Assembly (NCBI GenBank): GCA_965263035.1
Contig: OZ253580.1
Location: forward strand, 5,120,001 to 5,184,000
Length of the DNA stretch: 64,000 bases
Reading direction: 5' to 3'
Origin: Acidobacteriota bacterium
Lineage (GTDB): Bacteria > Acidobacteriota > UBA6911 > RPQK01 > JAJDTT01
Shown here in pieces: positions 18,845 through 28,792 of the stretch. Made by a program: the position numbers and the translations under genes. Numbering within the stretch: position 1 is the stretch's first letter; each line of letters starts with the position of its first letter. The notes beneath the pieces are model-generated. The model was not told the DNA's origin. It did not search any database and was given only the letters and a program-made list of their open reading frames with translations.

Positions 18845-19927
18845 CTAGCCTCCCTCCATATCAAATCCGCAGATCCTCGCCGCCTGTTCCGCCGTCAGGT
18901 TTCCGTCAGTTCCCGTCATCGAACTGAAAGCCCTCGCCCGGCCTTGTAGGTCGCTGGCAAAAAGCCCGGCAAATCCAAGACTGATTTTCGTATCCAGCTT
19001 GGTAGACAACTCAGATTCGATGATCCGAGAACACGGCTTTAGACTTCCATGAAGAAATCTGCGCCAGCTTTCTCGCTGGGACGATCCCTCCGCTGACGCA
19101 TCCGCCAGCGCTGGCGGTATGCCGTTAGCTGCTAGGATCACTCGGCCCACGTCGCTCCATAAATCTACGTTTCCTTGCGGAATTTTGGCTCCCAATCTCT
19201 GCGGCACCCAGTCTCTTTGCGGAGCACTTCCGCGCCCTTCCGACCATCCGCCGGAAGTCGTCTCAACTAGGCTAATGCCGCCGCTCAAAGCTGCTAGGTC
19301 TGTTCTAAGCTGTTTCAATGGGTCCGAGTCTGTACCGTCTCCGCCATCGCTAGGAATCGGCAGAACGTAGCCAACTGGTCCGGATGTTTCTTCCCCTAGT
19401 CTCGTTTCCAGGTTCGCCCCGAGACTGCCCGTAGAACAGGCAAACGAAAGGGGAGAGATCCCTTTCCAGGGGGAGGACGGATGGACCGCAAACCGCACAT
19501 GGACGACTGAGGATGCCGGATAGGTTCGGGAAGTGGTAGAGCTAGGGCCGGGAAGATCAACTCTGTAGATCCAGGATTCCGGATCATAGGAACCTTCCAC
19601 TTGCCAGCCGGACCCCTCGATTAACCTAACCTGTCCACTCGGCTTGATCTCAATTACAAATAGAACCTCGCCGCGCCGGACCATTCCCCGGCCCATAGAC
19701 GCCAGCACAGCGGGAGACAGTGCCGCAGTGACCGGAGACCCTACCGGAGAAATATCAGCACTTGCCAGACCCCGAGACCATACGCCCGCCGCCACTTCCA
19801 AAGCGCCCAGGCCGTCAGGGTCCGGAGTTATTCCCGTCGCCCTGTCTTGAATCGCCTTAACAATGGCATCCGTATAGGTTTCACTAGAACGAGTTTCGAG
19901 ACCTACAATCCGCCGCCAGTTGAACAT
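18845..19927 (-). CDS. Phage portal protein (HK97-like)
   Basis: GLETRS, RRGEVLF, VVHVRF...PWKGISPL, ILAANGIPP, LKP..RIIESELSTKL. Confidence 0.75.
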   Translation of the reverse strand: MFNWRRIVGLETRSSETYTDAIVKAIQDRATGITPDPDGLGALEVAAGVWSRGLASADISPVGSPVTAALSPAVLASMGRGMVRRGEVLFVIEIKPSGQVRLIEGSGWQVEGSYDPESWIYRVDLPGPSSTTSRTYPASSVVHVRFAVHPSSPWKGISPLSFACSTGSLGANLETRLGEETSGPVGYVLPIPSDGGDGTDSDPLKQLRTDLAALSGGISLVETTSGGWSEGRGSAPQRDWVPQRLGAKIPQGNVDLWSDVGRVILAANGIPPALADASAEGSSQRESWRRFLHGSLKPCSRIIESELSTKLDTKISLGFAGLFASDLQGRARAFSSMTGTDGNLTAEQAARICGFDMEGG

Positions 19928-20292
19928 CACGCAATTACCCCGGCCCTTCTGACCTTCCACGGATTCAGAAGTGATCCCGCTCCCGAGTATTTCAACGCGC
20001 CCAGTTCATCCCGGAAGCGTCTTGAGGATATTTCCGTATTTGCCGTCTTGATCGTTTTTCCCCTGGACGCATCCGCCAGCCATGAAACGATCCTCAAAAC
20101 CGATTCGTCTTTGATAGGGTCCGGAGCTAGGCTTGCATATCGCTCTACCAGTTCCGCCGCTACCGGACCGAACCGAAGCGCCCGAGACTGCCCGGACGAT
20201 CCCGAATCGTTAAAGGCTGACGTGGCAATCCGCATAACTGCGGCATCCTGATCTAGAATATCAACCGGCCAAGGTGCGAGATTCACAGCCAA
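19927..20292 (-). CDS. Probable head-tail connector/adaptor (gp6-like)
   Basis: AAELVERYA..AP..IKDE.VLRIV.WL; C-terminal SGA.SLL.PW..RRAG; position next to the portal gene. Confidence 0.55.
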   Translation of the reverse strand: MAVNLAPWPVDILDQDAAVMRIATSAFNDSGSSGQSRALRFGPVAAELVERYASLAPDPIKDESVLRIVSWLADASRGKTIKTANTEISSRRFRDELGALKYSGAGSLLNPWKVRRAGVIA

Positions 20293-20735
20293 ATTCTACG
20301 CCTCCCTTGCCGGTTCCTCAGTTCCGCCTTTCCCTGAGAATATTCCGGAGCCTTCACAATCGCGACCGCTTCCAAGAACGCGGAATTGATCTCCCGGACG
20401 CCGGAGCCGTTGCGCTTCTCTTTCAGGCTGTAGAATTCGATGCTGGCACCCCGGACCCCAGCCGCTAGAGCCTGGATTATCTCGGAAGTGGGATTTTCAG
20501 AACTGACTTGGATTCTGCCGTCCGGTAGTCGTACCGGCATCGACCTTAATTCTTCACGGTTTCCGTGACCTAGCCTGATAGCGATACCATCAGATCCCCA
20601 TTGCATCGAGCCGGGAGCAAACAATTCTTTTAATCCGCTTGCTATTCTTCCCTCTTGTAGCGCCGTCACTATCAACTTGGATTTTCCCGAATCTTCCCGA
20701 ATCTCACAATTTCCAGCTACTTGTAATTCTCTCAA
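20283..20735 (-). CDS. HK97-family prohead protease-like protein
   Basis: KELFAPGS, H, GASIEF, R.I..A.L..VAIV..PEY. Confidence 0.65.
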   Translation of the reverse strand: MRELQVAGNCEIREDSGKSKLIVTALQEGRIASGLKELFAPGSMQWGSDGIAIRLGHGNREELRSMPVRLPDGRIQVSSENPTSEIIQALAAGVRGASIEFYSLKEKRNGSGVREINSAFLEAVAIVKAPEYSQGKAELRNRQGRRRIWL

Positions 20736-21181
20736 CTTGATCTCCCATACCAGCGCCGAAGCGCTTTAGCGCACTCGGGAGACAATTCTCCCGAAGAATC
20801 CGCCAGCCGAGACGCCGCTACCGCTTCCCCTGGATCTACCGTTACAATCCGCCCTAAAGTGCCAGAGCCGCCAGCCGAGATGATCCGTTCCCGGATACGC
20901 TCAACGGCAAGTGGAGAGCTAGAGCTAGTCGTCGCCCAGCCGTTGAGACCCACACTTGCCGCGAATCTTATAGCAGTCGATTTCAAGTAAAGCGCCATTC
21001 TCAAACCGGGATCGGTAGCAAGCCGGATCGGATATCGTTTCGTAACAGGGTCCCTTTCTATTCCGAGAATCGACGACCAGATAGCCGTAACATCAAAGAG
21101 ATGGTCATCGCTGGACCTGTTCTCTTCGTACCATTTCGATTTACCGGCACCAGCCGGTCCCCTGATTATTCCTATCGGCAT
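20732..21181 (-). CDS. Small P-loop NTPase/kinase-like protein
   Basis: IIRGPAGAGKS Walker A; VDPGE..A..R; ends RRWY. Confidence 0.65.
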   Translation of the reverse strand: MPIGIIRGPAGAGKSKWYEENRSSDDHLFDVTAIWSSILGIERDPVTKRYPIRLATDPGLRMALYLKSTAIRFAASVGLNGWATTSSSSPLAVERIRERIISAGGSGTLGRIVTVDPGEAVAASRLADSSGELSPECAKALRRWYGRSS

Positions 21182-22443
21182 TAGACAAGTTTGAACGCCC
21201 GGAGATCAAAAGAATCTTCTCTAATCACTTTGAAATTCCAGAGACTAATTATCGTCAAAGCAACTTGACCGGATGCCGCCGCCGTATACGGATCTCGAAC
21301 GATCTCCACACCTTCCCAGATCGGAGCCACAGCGCCGGTAGCTAGTCGTCTCGTAACAATCGCCGTAGAAACATCCTTATCGGGTCCGGTTGTAGGAGCA
21401 ACCGGAAGATTTCCAGAAACACGAACGCTGGAAAGATCGGCCAAGTATTCCAGAGCCGTTCTAGTCACTCCCGCTGTCATGGTCTTTGTACTCAATTCTG
21501 GATAAAGATCGGAAGGGACCAACAGCCCCACGTCTGCCGCAGTTGCCGCATATTTTCCGTCCACCGCCCCAGTGACGGATTTCACGGCATCCGCCCACGT
21601 AAAAACATCGCTAGGAGTCGTCGGAGCCGTGATCGTTGTAAGGATTCCGGAGACATTAGGTGCCGTTCCGTTTCCCGTAATGGATTGAAGATCAATTGCA
21701 TCAGATACAGTGCTTGATAAGTCTGCCCTCAGAGTATCGTCCATCCCGTCCAACTGCGCCGAATCCTCCACAGAGAACAGATACCGCGCCGTGATCCTGG
21801 TAGGCGTCAGCACTGAGCTACTGAACGTCGCCGCTACCGCATTCTGAGCCACGCCCCGAGTCTTATTCTCTGCCGTAGCACCGGCAGTCAGAAGCGGATA
21901 TGCCGTGGTCCCAGTTGGGACCGTCGGCATGGAAACTCCGAGAAACTGCGCCGCAGAAGCGGCAAAGACTCTCCGGATTATTTGAGTCTGCCGATTCGGG
22001 AAATTTAAAGCCCCTAGAGCCGTCGCCACGTCTGACCGCTTCTCAGGTTCAAGCGCTTCCGGACCCGCCAGAGCAGCCCAGGGGAAGCGCCCAGGGGCTG
22101 CTTTCTCGCCTAACATGGCCGTCCGTAATTCAGACTCGGGAGAAGATTCGGCAAGCGGATTCTGTCCCCATGCTTCCAGCACGTAGCTAGAGAGTTTCGC
22201 TTTCCGAATGAGAGACCGAATTTCCGCTCCCTCGCCGTCTTCTCTATCAACCGGCGGGATAGCCTCATTCTCCGCGATGATGGCCGCTCTATGCCTAGCT
22301 TCAAGATCGGAAAACTCTTTCCGCAGGGTCTCGCCCTCAGATCTAATATCCTCAGTAAAGTCTGCCCCGGATAATCCAGCTATGGAATTCAGTCTTTCGC
22401 GCACCTCAGAAATTCGCAGTGTTATTTTCTGGCTTGTAGTCAT
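21181..22443 (-). CDS. Major capsid protein (HK97 fold) with N-terminal coiled scaffold domain
   Basis: 420 aa; helical N-terminus; LTPTRI, DL..ITGNGT.P..SGI, IVRDPYT.A..GQV.L. Confidence 0.8.
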   Translation of the reverse strand: MTTSQKITLRISEVRERLNSIAGLSGADFTEDIRSEGETLRKEFSDLEARHRAAIIAENEAIPPVDREDGEGAEIRSLIRKAKLSSYVLEAWGQNPLAESSPESELRTAMLGEKAAPGRFPWAALAGPEALEPEKRSDVATALGALNFPNRQTQIIRRVFAASAAQFLGVSMPTVPTGTTAYPLLTAGATAENKTRGVAQNAVAATFSSSVLTPTRITARYLFSVEDSAQLDGMDDTLRADLSSTVSDAIDLQSITGNGTAPNVSGILTTITAPTTPSDVFTWADAVKSVTGAVDGKYAATAADVGLLVPSDLYPELSTKTMTAGVTRTALEYLADLSSVRVSGNLPVAPTTGPDKDVSTAIVTRRLATGAVAPIWEGVEIVRDPYTAAASGQVALTIISLWNFKVIREDSFDLRAFKLV

Positions 22444-22459
22444 TTTTTATCACCTTTAG

Positions 22460-22795
22460 TTATAAATAGTTATCAGTTATGCTTATTCTAGTCGTTTTAT
22501 TTGAAAGTGTCGTTAAATACTCTCGCCATTCTACACTATCGGGGCTGATACGTGTATTATTTTCCTTGCGAGTTTTGGAAATATGACAGGGTACACATAA
22601 AGACTGGATATTGGATCTCCCATACAGAGAACCGCCAGCATTTCTAGGCTTGATATGATCCGCTTCCAGCTTCCCGCGTTTCCCGCAGCGCTGGCACTTA
22701 AAGCCCGCTTCCCGTAAGACTCGCCAGCGCAGCCGCTCCCACCTTCTGCCCTTCAATCCGCTCATGCCGCCCGTACCACTCCGCCATTCCGCCAT
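22460..22795 (-). CDS. HNH endonuclease (packaging-associated)
   Basis: RWERLR..VL...GFKCQRCG, EADHI.P...GG, NIQSLC..CH..KT. Confidence 0.9.
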   Translation of the reverse strand: MAEWRSGTGGMSGLKGRRWERLRWRVLREAGFKCQRCGKRGKLEADHIKPRNAGGSLYGRSNIQSLCVPCHISKTRKENNTRISPDSVEWREYLTTLSNKTTRISITDNYL

Positions 22796-24864
22796 GATCC
22801 GCCAGAATTCTTTATCCTCATGGTCTCGGCCAATCCAGCCGCAATAACTGCCGCTGAGAGACTGTCTATCCTCGATAATCCGGACCTTTTATCTAATGCC
22901 GGATTTCCGGCACCGTCATAGCGGAGACGGGAGCCAGCTACCGCACTCGACAGCATCATCGAATCGCCGTGAAATAGTTTCTTTTCCATCACGAACCGCT
23001 GGAATGCTCGAACGTCATGGGAGCCATCCGCTGTAGCACTCGCCCCGGTTCCGCGCCAGACAACCGGAGACCGGGAGCCAGCATCCGCTAGAGCCTGTTC
23101 CGTCTCTGCCCGCCGGTATCTATCCGCCCCGATCACTAGCACTCGTTCGCCAGCCAGTTTCGATAGGACAGACTGCAAAAAGACTCCGACCCGGACCATA
23201 CGCCCCTGATGGAGATTCAATTCTCCAGACTTCCTCATTAGGTCATATCGGATGCCGTCTCGACGTTGCCGAGCTTCGATCCCGGGCATCGACGGAAAAG
23301 CCCCAAAAACTTCGATCCGACCAGTTCCAGGCCATAAGGCTGTTGCGGCAGTCATAGAAGCGGACCCGCCTAGATCAATGCCCAAAACACATTTCCCGTC
23401 TCTTTCCGGTTGCGGACCGCTGCAACGCTTCCAGTCTGAAGGGGAAACGATCCTTTCCACGGATGGCGACCCCGGCAGATTCAAGTCTTGAGACCTAAAG
23501 AAAATTTCATCAGATGGAGTCGATTTAGCCCGCCTGGATTCATGCTCCATATACGCCGTGGCTTTGATGGTCCCTAGACCTGGATTAGCGTTTTCCCACT
23601 CAATTCGGTTCAGTAGGTCGCAATCCTTACTAGATGCCTGGAACAGATGCGCGACAACGCCAGCGGCTTCCCGCCTTTTCATAATTTCGGGAATGTAGGG
23701 ACCGCTCCCCCATATGGACAACGCTATAAATTTCCCGTTTTTCGCCGATACCGCAGCCCTCATGCTGGCGACTAGTTCCCGATCTCGTTCGGATAGCAAG
23801 CCCAGTTCGTCAACAATCGCTAGATCCAAGCTGGCGGAATGCCCGCCCATGCCCGAGTCACCAGCCAAAATCTCAACCTGACCATGCTTACTAACAATCT
23901 TTCCAGGCCATGGACTTCTCTTAAACAATAATGTTCTGGATAGTCCACTTGCTCCCGCTATTTGCTCAATTTGTTTCGTTAGTTCCCTCGCTTTAGCCTT
24001 GTTAACACTGCAAATTCCAGCCCGCCACCCACCTTTAACGTTTCTTAATGGCCCTACCAAGTGACCTAGGCAGAATACGGCAACTATTGCGGATTTAGCA
24101 TTCTTTCTAGCGAGACAGAGCAGCGCTTCTCTTGTCGATGGCTTTAAGCAATCACCTAGAAAATTGCGTCCAAAAGGTGGCAAAGCCATAGGCAGACCCT
24201 CTTTAGGATGCCCAGGGGGAACTATTAATGTCTCTTCTGCCCATGCTGACAACCGTTCTATCTTGGATTTCTTCCGTTTAACACTGCTACTCGGCCCTTT
24301 TCCCGGTATAACGTTGTTTTTCCGGTTGATTTTCCTCCAGGCACGAGCATTACACGCCCTAGTAGCATACTTTTTAGGTTTTTTGGTATTCTGTATCAAT
24401 TCAACGCCGCAGCCACAAGCACAGTATTTAAGTCTATTCCCTACTAGGCCAAGTCGCTTATTAGTAAGAAAAGCCTGAATTCTGCAATTATCGGTAGCGT
24501 ATAGAGTAGGTATCCCGTGGAGTTTATGTATCCGAGCTGGACGACCGCACCCGCAAGCGCAGTCCGGACCAGGATTCGGCTTTTCGTAAACCGTTTGATA
24601 TGATGCCCGATGCCGACAATTTTTTGAAGCGAATCCAGTCCATTTCCTCAGTGACTTCTCAGAGCGTGAAACCGGTTCACCACAACCGCCCCGGCAACGT
24701 GGTCTAGTCTCTGGTCTCAGTGAGTCTAGGCCACCCCTCGATCCCCCCGGTTCGGATGGATTCGGAACAGGGTCCCGGACCATTTTTTGATCCATATTCT
24801 CGTATGTACAAATTTTTGGATCATCCCCTTTGACCATCTTCGATCGAGAACCGACAAGCATCAA
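22762..24864 (-). CDS. Terminase large subunit with N-terminal Cys-rich repeats
   Basis: Walker A LARKNAKS, Walker B LAIVDELG, W..ANPGL, nuclease LGIDLG, RID...A; three N-terminal CxxGCG...CR/CN repeats. Confidence 0.8.
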   Translation of the reverse strand: MMLVGSRSKMVKGDDPKICTYENMDQKMVRDPVPNPSEPGGSRGGLDSLRPETRPRCRGGCGEPVSRSEKSLRKWTGFASKNCRHRASYQTVYEKPNPGPDCACGCGRPARIHKLHGIPTLYATDNCRIQAFLTNKRLGLVGNRLKYCACGCGVELIQNTKKPKKYATRACNARAWRKINRKNNVIPGKGPSSSVKRKKSKIERLSAWAEETLIVPPGHPKEGLPMALPPFGRNFLGDCLKPSTREALLCLARKNAKSAIVAVFCLGHLVGPLRNVKGGWRAGICSVNKAKARELTKQIEQIAGASGLSRTLLFKRSPWPGKIVSKHGQVEILAGDSGMGGHSASLDLAIVDELGLLSERDRELVASMRAAVSAKNGKFIALSIWGSGPYIPEIMKRREAAGVVAHLFQASSKDCDLLNRIEWENANPGLGTIKATAYMEHESRRAKSTPSDEIFFRSQDLNLPGSPSVERIVSPSDWKRCSGPQPERDGKCVLGIDLGGSASMTAATALWPGTGRIEVFGAFPSMPGIEARQRRDGIRYDLMRKSGELNLHQGRMVRVGVFLQSVLSKLAGERVLVIGADRYRRAETEQALADAGSRSPVVWRGTGASATADGSHDVRAFQRFVMEKKLFHGDSMMLSSAVAGSRLRYDGAGNPALDKRSGLSRIDSLSAAVIAAGLAETMRIKNSGGSWRNGGVVRAA

Positions 24865-25301
24865 CGACCACTCCCGCCACGTCTCTCGAAATTTCCACGA
24901 CGTAGCCTATCCGTCACCACTCGCACCGTTCCAGCTACCGCCCTTTGGACAAAAGCGGCAGGGACACCAAGCCGAGCCGATCCTGATGCGTTTAATTTCT
25001 CGATATGCCGCAGCCCATTAGAAACGTAGGTTTTTCCTCGTTCCAACTTGTAGCCAGTAAGGATAGCCCCGGAGGACGTTAGCCTATTCTCCCGAGCCTC
25101 CCGCAGCCCTCGAACTGTCCCATCCCCTTGCCCGCCCATCGACGGATTCCAGTTACTTGCCGTCCACGTCGATTCTTTAGGGCATTTATTATAAAGCTGG
25201 CGTGACGCTTCAAGTGTGGCGTTTACTACAGTGTTTTCGACAATTCGCCTAATCTCTTTGCGGATTGCCTGGATTTGAGCCTTTTCGCTTGCCGTGGGCA
25301 T
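24861..25301 (-). CDS. HK97 gp10-like neck/tail-completion protein
   Basis: CP.ESTWTASNW, YVSNGL.HIEKLN..GSA....PAAFVQRAV. Confidence 0.55.
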   Translation of the reverse strand: MPTASEKAQIQAIRKEIRRIVENTVVNATLEASRQLYNKCPKESTWTASNWNPSMGGQGDGTVRGLREARENRLTSSGAILTGYKLERGKTYVSNGLRHIEKLNASGSARLGVPAAFVQRAVAGTVRVVTDRLRRGNFERRGGSGR

Positions 25302-25352
25302 ATTTTGACTCTTGGAAACGGAACAGTTACAGGGGAATGGTCATTGACCTAG

Positions 25353-27117
25353 CCCGGATATCTCATCAGAAAGATTGATAAAGGCCGCGTTTTCTGCTAT
25401 AAGTGTTGTGTAATCAATAACTTACAAAGCAGAAGGGACGCGACCTTATGACCGCAGAGTGTACCAGAATAAAGCTCAGATTTCAGGGCCTGGACGGACG
25501 GGATGTCGTGGGCCGGTTCGACGGCGGCGAGATCACCTCCGACGCCGGTGGCGTGCTCCTGCGCGAAGTGGAGCAGCGGACCCGGATTCTGGGTCGTCTG
25601 AGCGAATGCTTCACCGACTATCGAGACTCGGATCGAGTCGAACACCCGGTGGAGGCGTTGATCAAACAGCGGGTGCTGGGGCTGTGCCTGGGCTACGAGG
25701 ACCTCAACGACCACGACGAGTTGTGCCGGGACCGGCTCTTGGCGCTGTTGTGTGATCGAGATGATCTGACGGGGGAGTTCCGGCGCGTGGAGTCGGATCG
25801 AGGCAAGCCGCTGGCAGGCAAGAGCACCCTGAACCGACTGGAGCGGACTCCGTTGGAGGGACCGGAGGGCGCGTACAAGAAGATCGTGGCCGACCCGGCG
25901 GGGATGGACGAGCTGCTGCTGGAGGTGTTTGTGGAAGCGCATCCGGAGCCCCCGGAGGAGGTGATCCTGGATGTAGACGCCACGGACGATCCGCTGCATG
26001 GGAAGCAGGAGGGACGGTTCTTCCACGGCTATTACAAACGCTACTGCTACCTGCCGCTGTACGTCTTCTGTGGGGAACACCTGTTGCGTGCGCGGCTGCG
26101 CACGGCGGATCGAGGCGCGGCCCACGGGGTGGTGGCGGAGTTGGAACCAATCGTGAGGCGGCTGCGTGAAGCGTGGCCCCAGGTGCGGATCACGGTTCGA
26201 GGGGACAGTGCCTTCTCCAACGACGAGTTGATGGTCTGGTGCGAGAAGGAAGGGATCGATTACGTCCTGGGGTTGGCGCAGAACGATCGGCTGAAGCGGA
26301 GGATCGCGACCCGGATGGAGACCGTCCGGCAGTTGCAGCGGGCGATCGGGAAGGCCGTGAGGCAGTTCCAGGAACTGCGCTATCAGACGCACAAGAGTTG
26401 GTCGTGCGAGCGCCGGGTGGTGGCGAAGGTGGAGCACCTGCCCCGGGGAAAGAACCCGCGATTCATCGTGACTTCGGTCCCGGTCCAGGAATGCGATGGG
26501 CGAAGATTGTACGAGGAGGTCTACTGCGCGCGGGGAGACATGGAGAATCGGATAAAGGAACAGCAGATGGGTCTGTTTGCGGACCGCACGTCGACCCGGA
26601 AGCTGGCGGGGAATCAACTGCGGTTGTATTTCTCGGCATTCGCCTACGTGATGATGGAGACGTTGCGACGGGTGGGGCTGGCGGGGACGAAGCTGGCGCG
26701 GGCGCAGAGCTGGACCCTGCGGGTGAGATTGCTGAAGATCGGGGCACAGGTCCGGATCACCAGCCGCAAGGTCTGGTTGTCCTTTTCCGAGAGCTATCCG
26801 TATGCGGCGCTGTTGAGGACGGCTCTGACGCAAGTGCAAGCCCTCCCGCTTCGCTGTTAGCAACGGATGGAAAGAACTCTTTGGACGATGGCGACTTGGG
26901 AGTCCCCAGGATGGACTGCGCCCCGGAGTGGGCACCGGGTCGAGAGTCGTCGCTCAGAAGCGCAGGATGGGCGTCAAAAGGCTCTGGAGAAGCGCTGCAT
27001 CTGGCCGTTGGTCGGCACGTTCGAGCACGAAAACTGCCTCTTGAACTCGTATGGATAAAGAATCACCCAGACGACGGTTCAACTTCCGTTTATTGTTCTA
27101 CTGATGAGAAATGCAGG
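25353..27117 (+). mobile_element. IS1380-family insertion sequence
   Basis: Terminal inverted repeats CCCGGATATCTCATCAG / CCTGCATTTCTCATCAG; CTAG duplicated at 25349-25352 and 27118-27121; GC much higher than its surroundings. Confidence 0.9.
25448..26860 (+). CDS. IS1380-family DDE transposase
   Basis: FDGGEITSDAG, GYEDLNDH, LDVDATDD.LHG.QE, RGDSAF, YCARGDMENRIKE. Confidence 0.95.
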   Translation: MTAECTRIKLRFQGLDGRDVVGRFDGGEITSDAGGVLLREVEQRTRILGRLSECFTDYRDSDRVEHPVEALIKQRVLGLCLGYEDLNDHDELCRDRLLALLCDRDDLTGEFRRVESDRGKPLAGKSTLNRLERTPLEGPEGAYKKIVADPAGMDELLLEVFVEAHPEPPEEVILDVDATDDPLHGKQEGRFFHGYYKRYCYLPLYVFCGEHLLRARLRTADRGAAHGVVAELEPIVRRLREAWPQVRITVRGDSAFSNDELMVWCEKEGIDYVLGLAQNDRLKRRIATRMETVRQLQRAIGKAVRQFQELRYQTHKSWSCERRVVAKVEHLPRGKNPRFIVTSVPVQECDGRRLYEEVYCARGDMENRIKEQQMGLFADRTSTRKLAGNQLRLYFSAFAYVMMETLRRVGLAGTKLARAQSWTLRVRLLKIGAQVRITSRKVWLSFSESYPYAALLRTALTQVQALPLRC

Positions 27118-27164
27118 CTAGGGGAAAAGGCTCCATTCCCCTGCAACAAGGAGATATCAAAGAC

Positions 27165-27173
27165 AGTATAGCA
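27165..27173 (-). promoter_or_regulatory. Extended -10 promoter (TGCTATACT) facing the packaging operon
   Basis: Same 9-mer as at 29247-29255; lies upstream of the gp10-terL operon once the IS is removed. Confidence 0.45.
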
Positions 27174-27426
27174 AAAAGATATGACTATTTATTGGGAATA
27201 TAGCCTCGAAGCCATAGTAAACAATGAAGGTAGGCTATTCACTACTGACAGTATCACTAAGGACACTCCAAATTAAGGCTCCGAGACTATAGGGTGATGA
27301 ATCCAACTGCATTATCTCATAAAAGGTATGACTAAAAATCTTTCCAGACCAAAGAGAATAGATAAAGCGTCAGCTTATAAACGATATGCCACAACGCCAA
27401 GAATATCAGCACGAGTACAAGCAACG

Positions 27427-27663
27427 TCACCGAGACGCCACTCTCCAGCGACGATCAAGCCGGGAGCCATCGACCCACCGCCAAGCTTGTATCCCTTCCA
27501 ATGGCCCCCAGTGCAAGGTAGCGATCTCTGCCCCATTGCCTTTTAGGATCAGCCTACCGCGCATCCGATCCCACTCTACAGCCGTCGCCCTGTAGATTCG
27601 GCAGTCATTCGATTTCCCCTGGAATTGCACTTGAACCGACTTGATCTTGATTTTTTGCATCAA
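27427..27663 (-). CDS. Small hypothetical protein
   Basis: 78 aa, co-oriented with neighbours; an overlapping + strand ORF is the alternative reading. Confidence 0.4.
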   Translation of the reverse strand: MMQKIKIKSVQVQFQGKSNDCRIYRATAVEWDRMRGRLILKGNGAEIATLHWGPLEGIQAWRWVDGSRLDRRWRVASR

Positions 27664-27691
27664 GTGAGTCTAGTGTACCAGGGAGACAGCG

Positions 27692-28105
27692 TCAGTCGTC
27701 GTGGTGTCCAGCGATCCGCGTCAAATCACGATAAAGGTCCCAAATATCACGAGCGATCATTGCCCCAGTTTTTCGGATAATTCTTCTCATCGTAGCTTCA
27801 ATTCGACCCTCACTAGGAGGACGGATTCCCGGAGGAAGGGTCTCGATGGGATACACATACGATTTATGTAAGTCGCTTCCATCATACTTTGTTGATTGTT
27901 CCATTATTTTTCTGAATTTATGTCTTAAGCCATCTGGAAAATCTTGTTCTCTCAGTGAAGATAGGTGGTAAATCAGCGCGTCTTTCAATCTATTCCTCAC
28001 ATCTCCCTTCCCAACGCACATAGTTTCAATCGCTAAAGTTACTCGTTCAAGAACGTCCTTTGCTTTTTCTTTGTTTCCCATCGGAACTAGACCCCCGTAA
28101 GCCAT
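27692..28105 (-). CDS. Hypothetical helical protein (element cargo)
   Basis: 137-aa AT-rich ORF; G.GDVRNRL, DFP..LR, EGRIEATM. Confidence 0.6.
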   Translation of the reverse strand: MAYGGLVPMGNKEKAKDVLERVTLAIETMCVGKGDVRNRLKDALIYHLSSLREQDFPDGLRHKFRKIMEQSTKYDGSDLHKSYVYPIETLPPGIRPPSEGRIEATMRRIIRKTGAMIARDIWDLYRDLTRIAGHHDD

Positions 28106-28108
28106 CCC

Positions 28109-28514
28109 TCACTTAGTGGCATCTCCGCAATCTTTCATGACCCGACATATATCGCTCATAGACTCTTTGATTCTTATAATTTTCATTGATTGCGATTTAT
28201 TGAGTTTACGGAGCACAGTCGCTTCGGACTGTGAAACCTTGTCGTCTGGAAACTGTTGGGATGGAATATTTGCATTATAAAACCGGATGTTTTCGCATCG
28301 GTCCAGCAATACTGGCCGTGGCTTATTCGATGACATCTCAGGTCGGAGTTCAAATTTTTTGGATTCCAAATTTTCATACCAAACATGCTGGGCAACTACT
28401 GTGACCAGCAAATACCTTGGATCAGCATCACAGGGCTTTTCAGCCTGCACCAGACCCGTGAACAGAACCGCCAGCAATGCAAAATTCTTGCCAAAGTTGC
28501 AGCCCTCACTCATG
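28109..28514 (-). CDS. Hypothetical exported Cys-containing protein (element cargo)
   Basis: Signal-like FALLAVLFTGLVQA after MSEG; upstream RBS GGAAGG. Confidence 0.5.
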
Positions 28515-28792
28515 TTCCCCTTCCTTCCTTCTCGCCCTAGTCTCCAAAATTTGCCGTATCCGCTCACGGGATATCCCGAACCGGCCACCGATCCTCTCTA
28601 ACGTCTAATCCGCAGCCCGAAGGGACCGGATGACCCGGTTCCGTATTGGCCGATGGTGTGGAACTGCTTTTTTCATGCCGCTTTATTCAGGATTTCTTCT
28701 TTTTTTATTTTTAACACTTCAACCTATAAAGTGAAACAACTTAACGATGCTTTCTCTAGTCTGGAAGATACTCAGGAAGGATTCTCACTCGG

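Noticed and set aside
25348-27122. IS1380 with 22-bp repeats starting CCTAG and no duplication
   Set aside because: Reading CTAG as the 4-bp duplication gives CC-starting ends like the other IS1380 and is simpler, though the alternative is possible.
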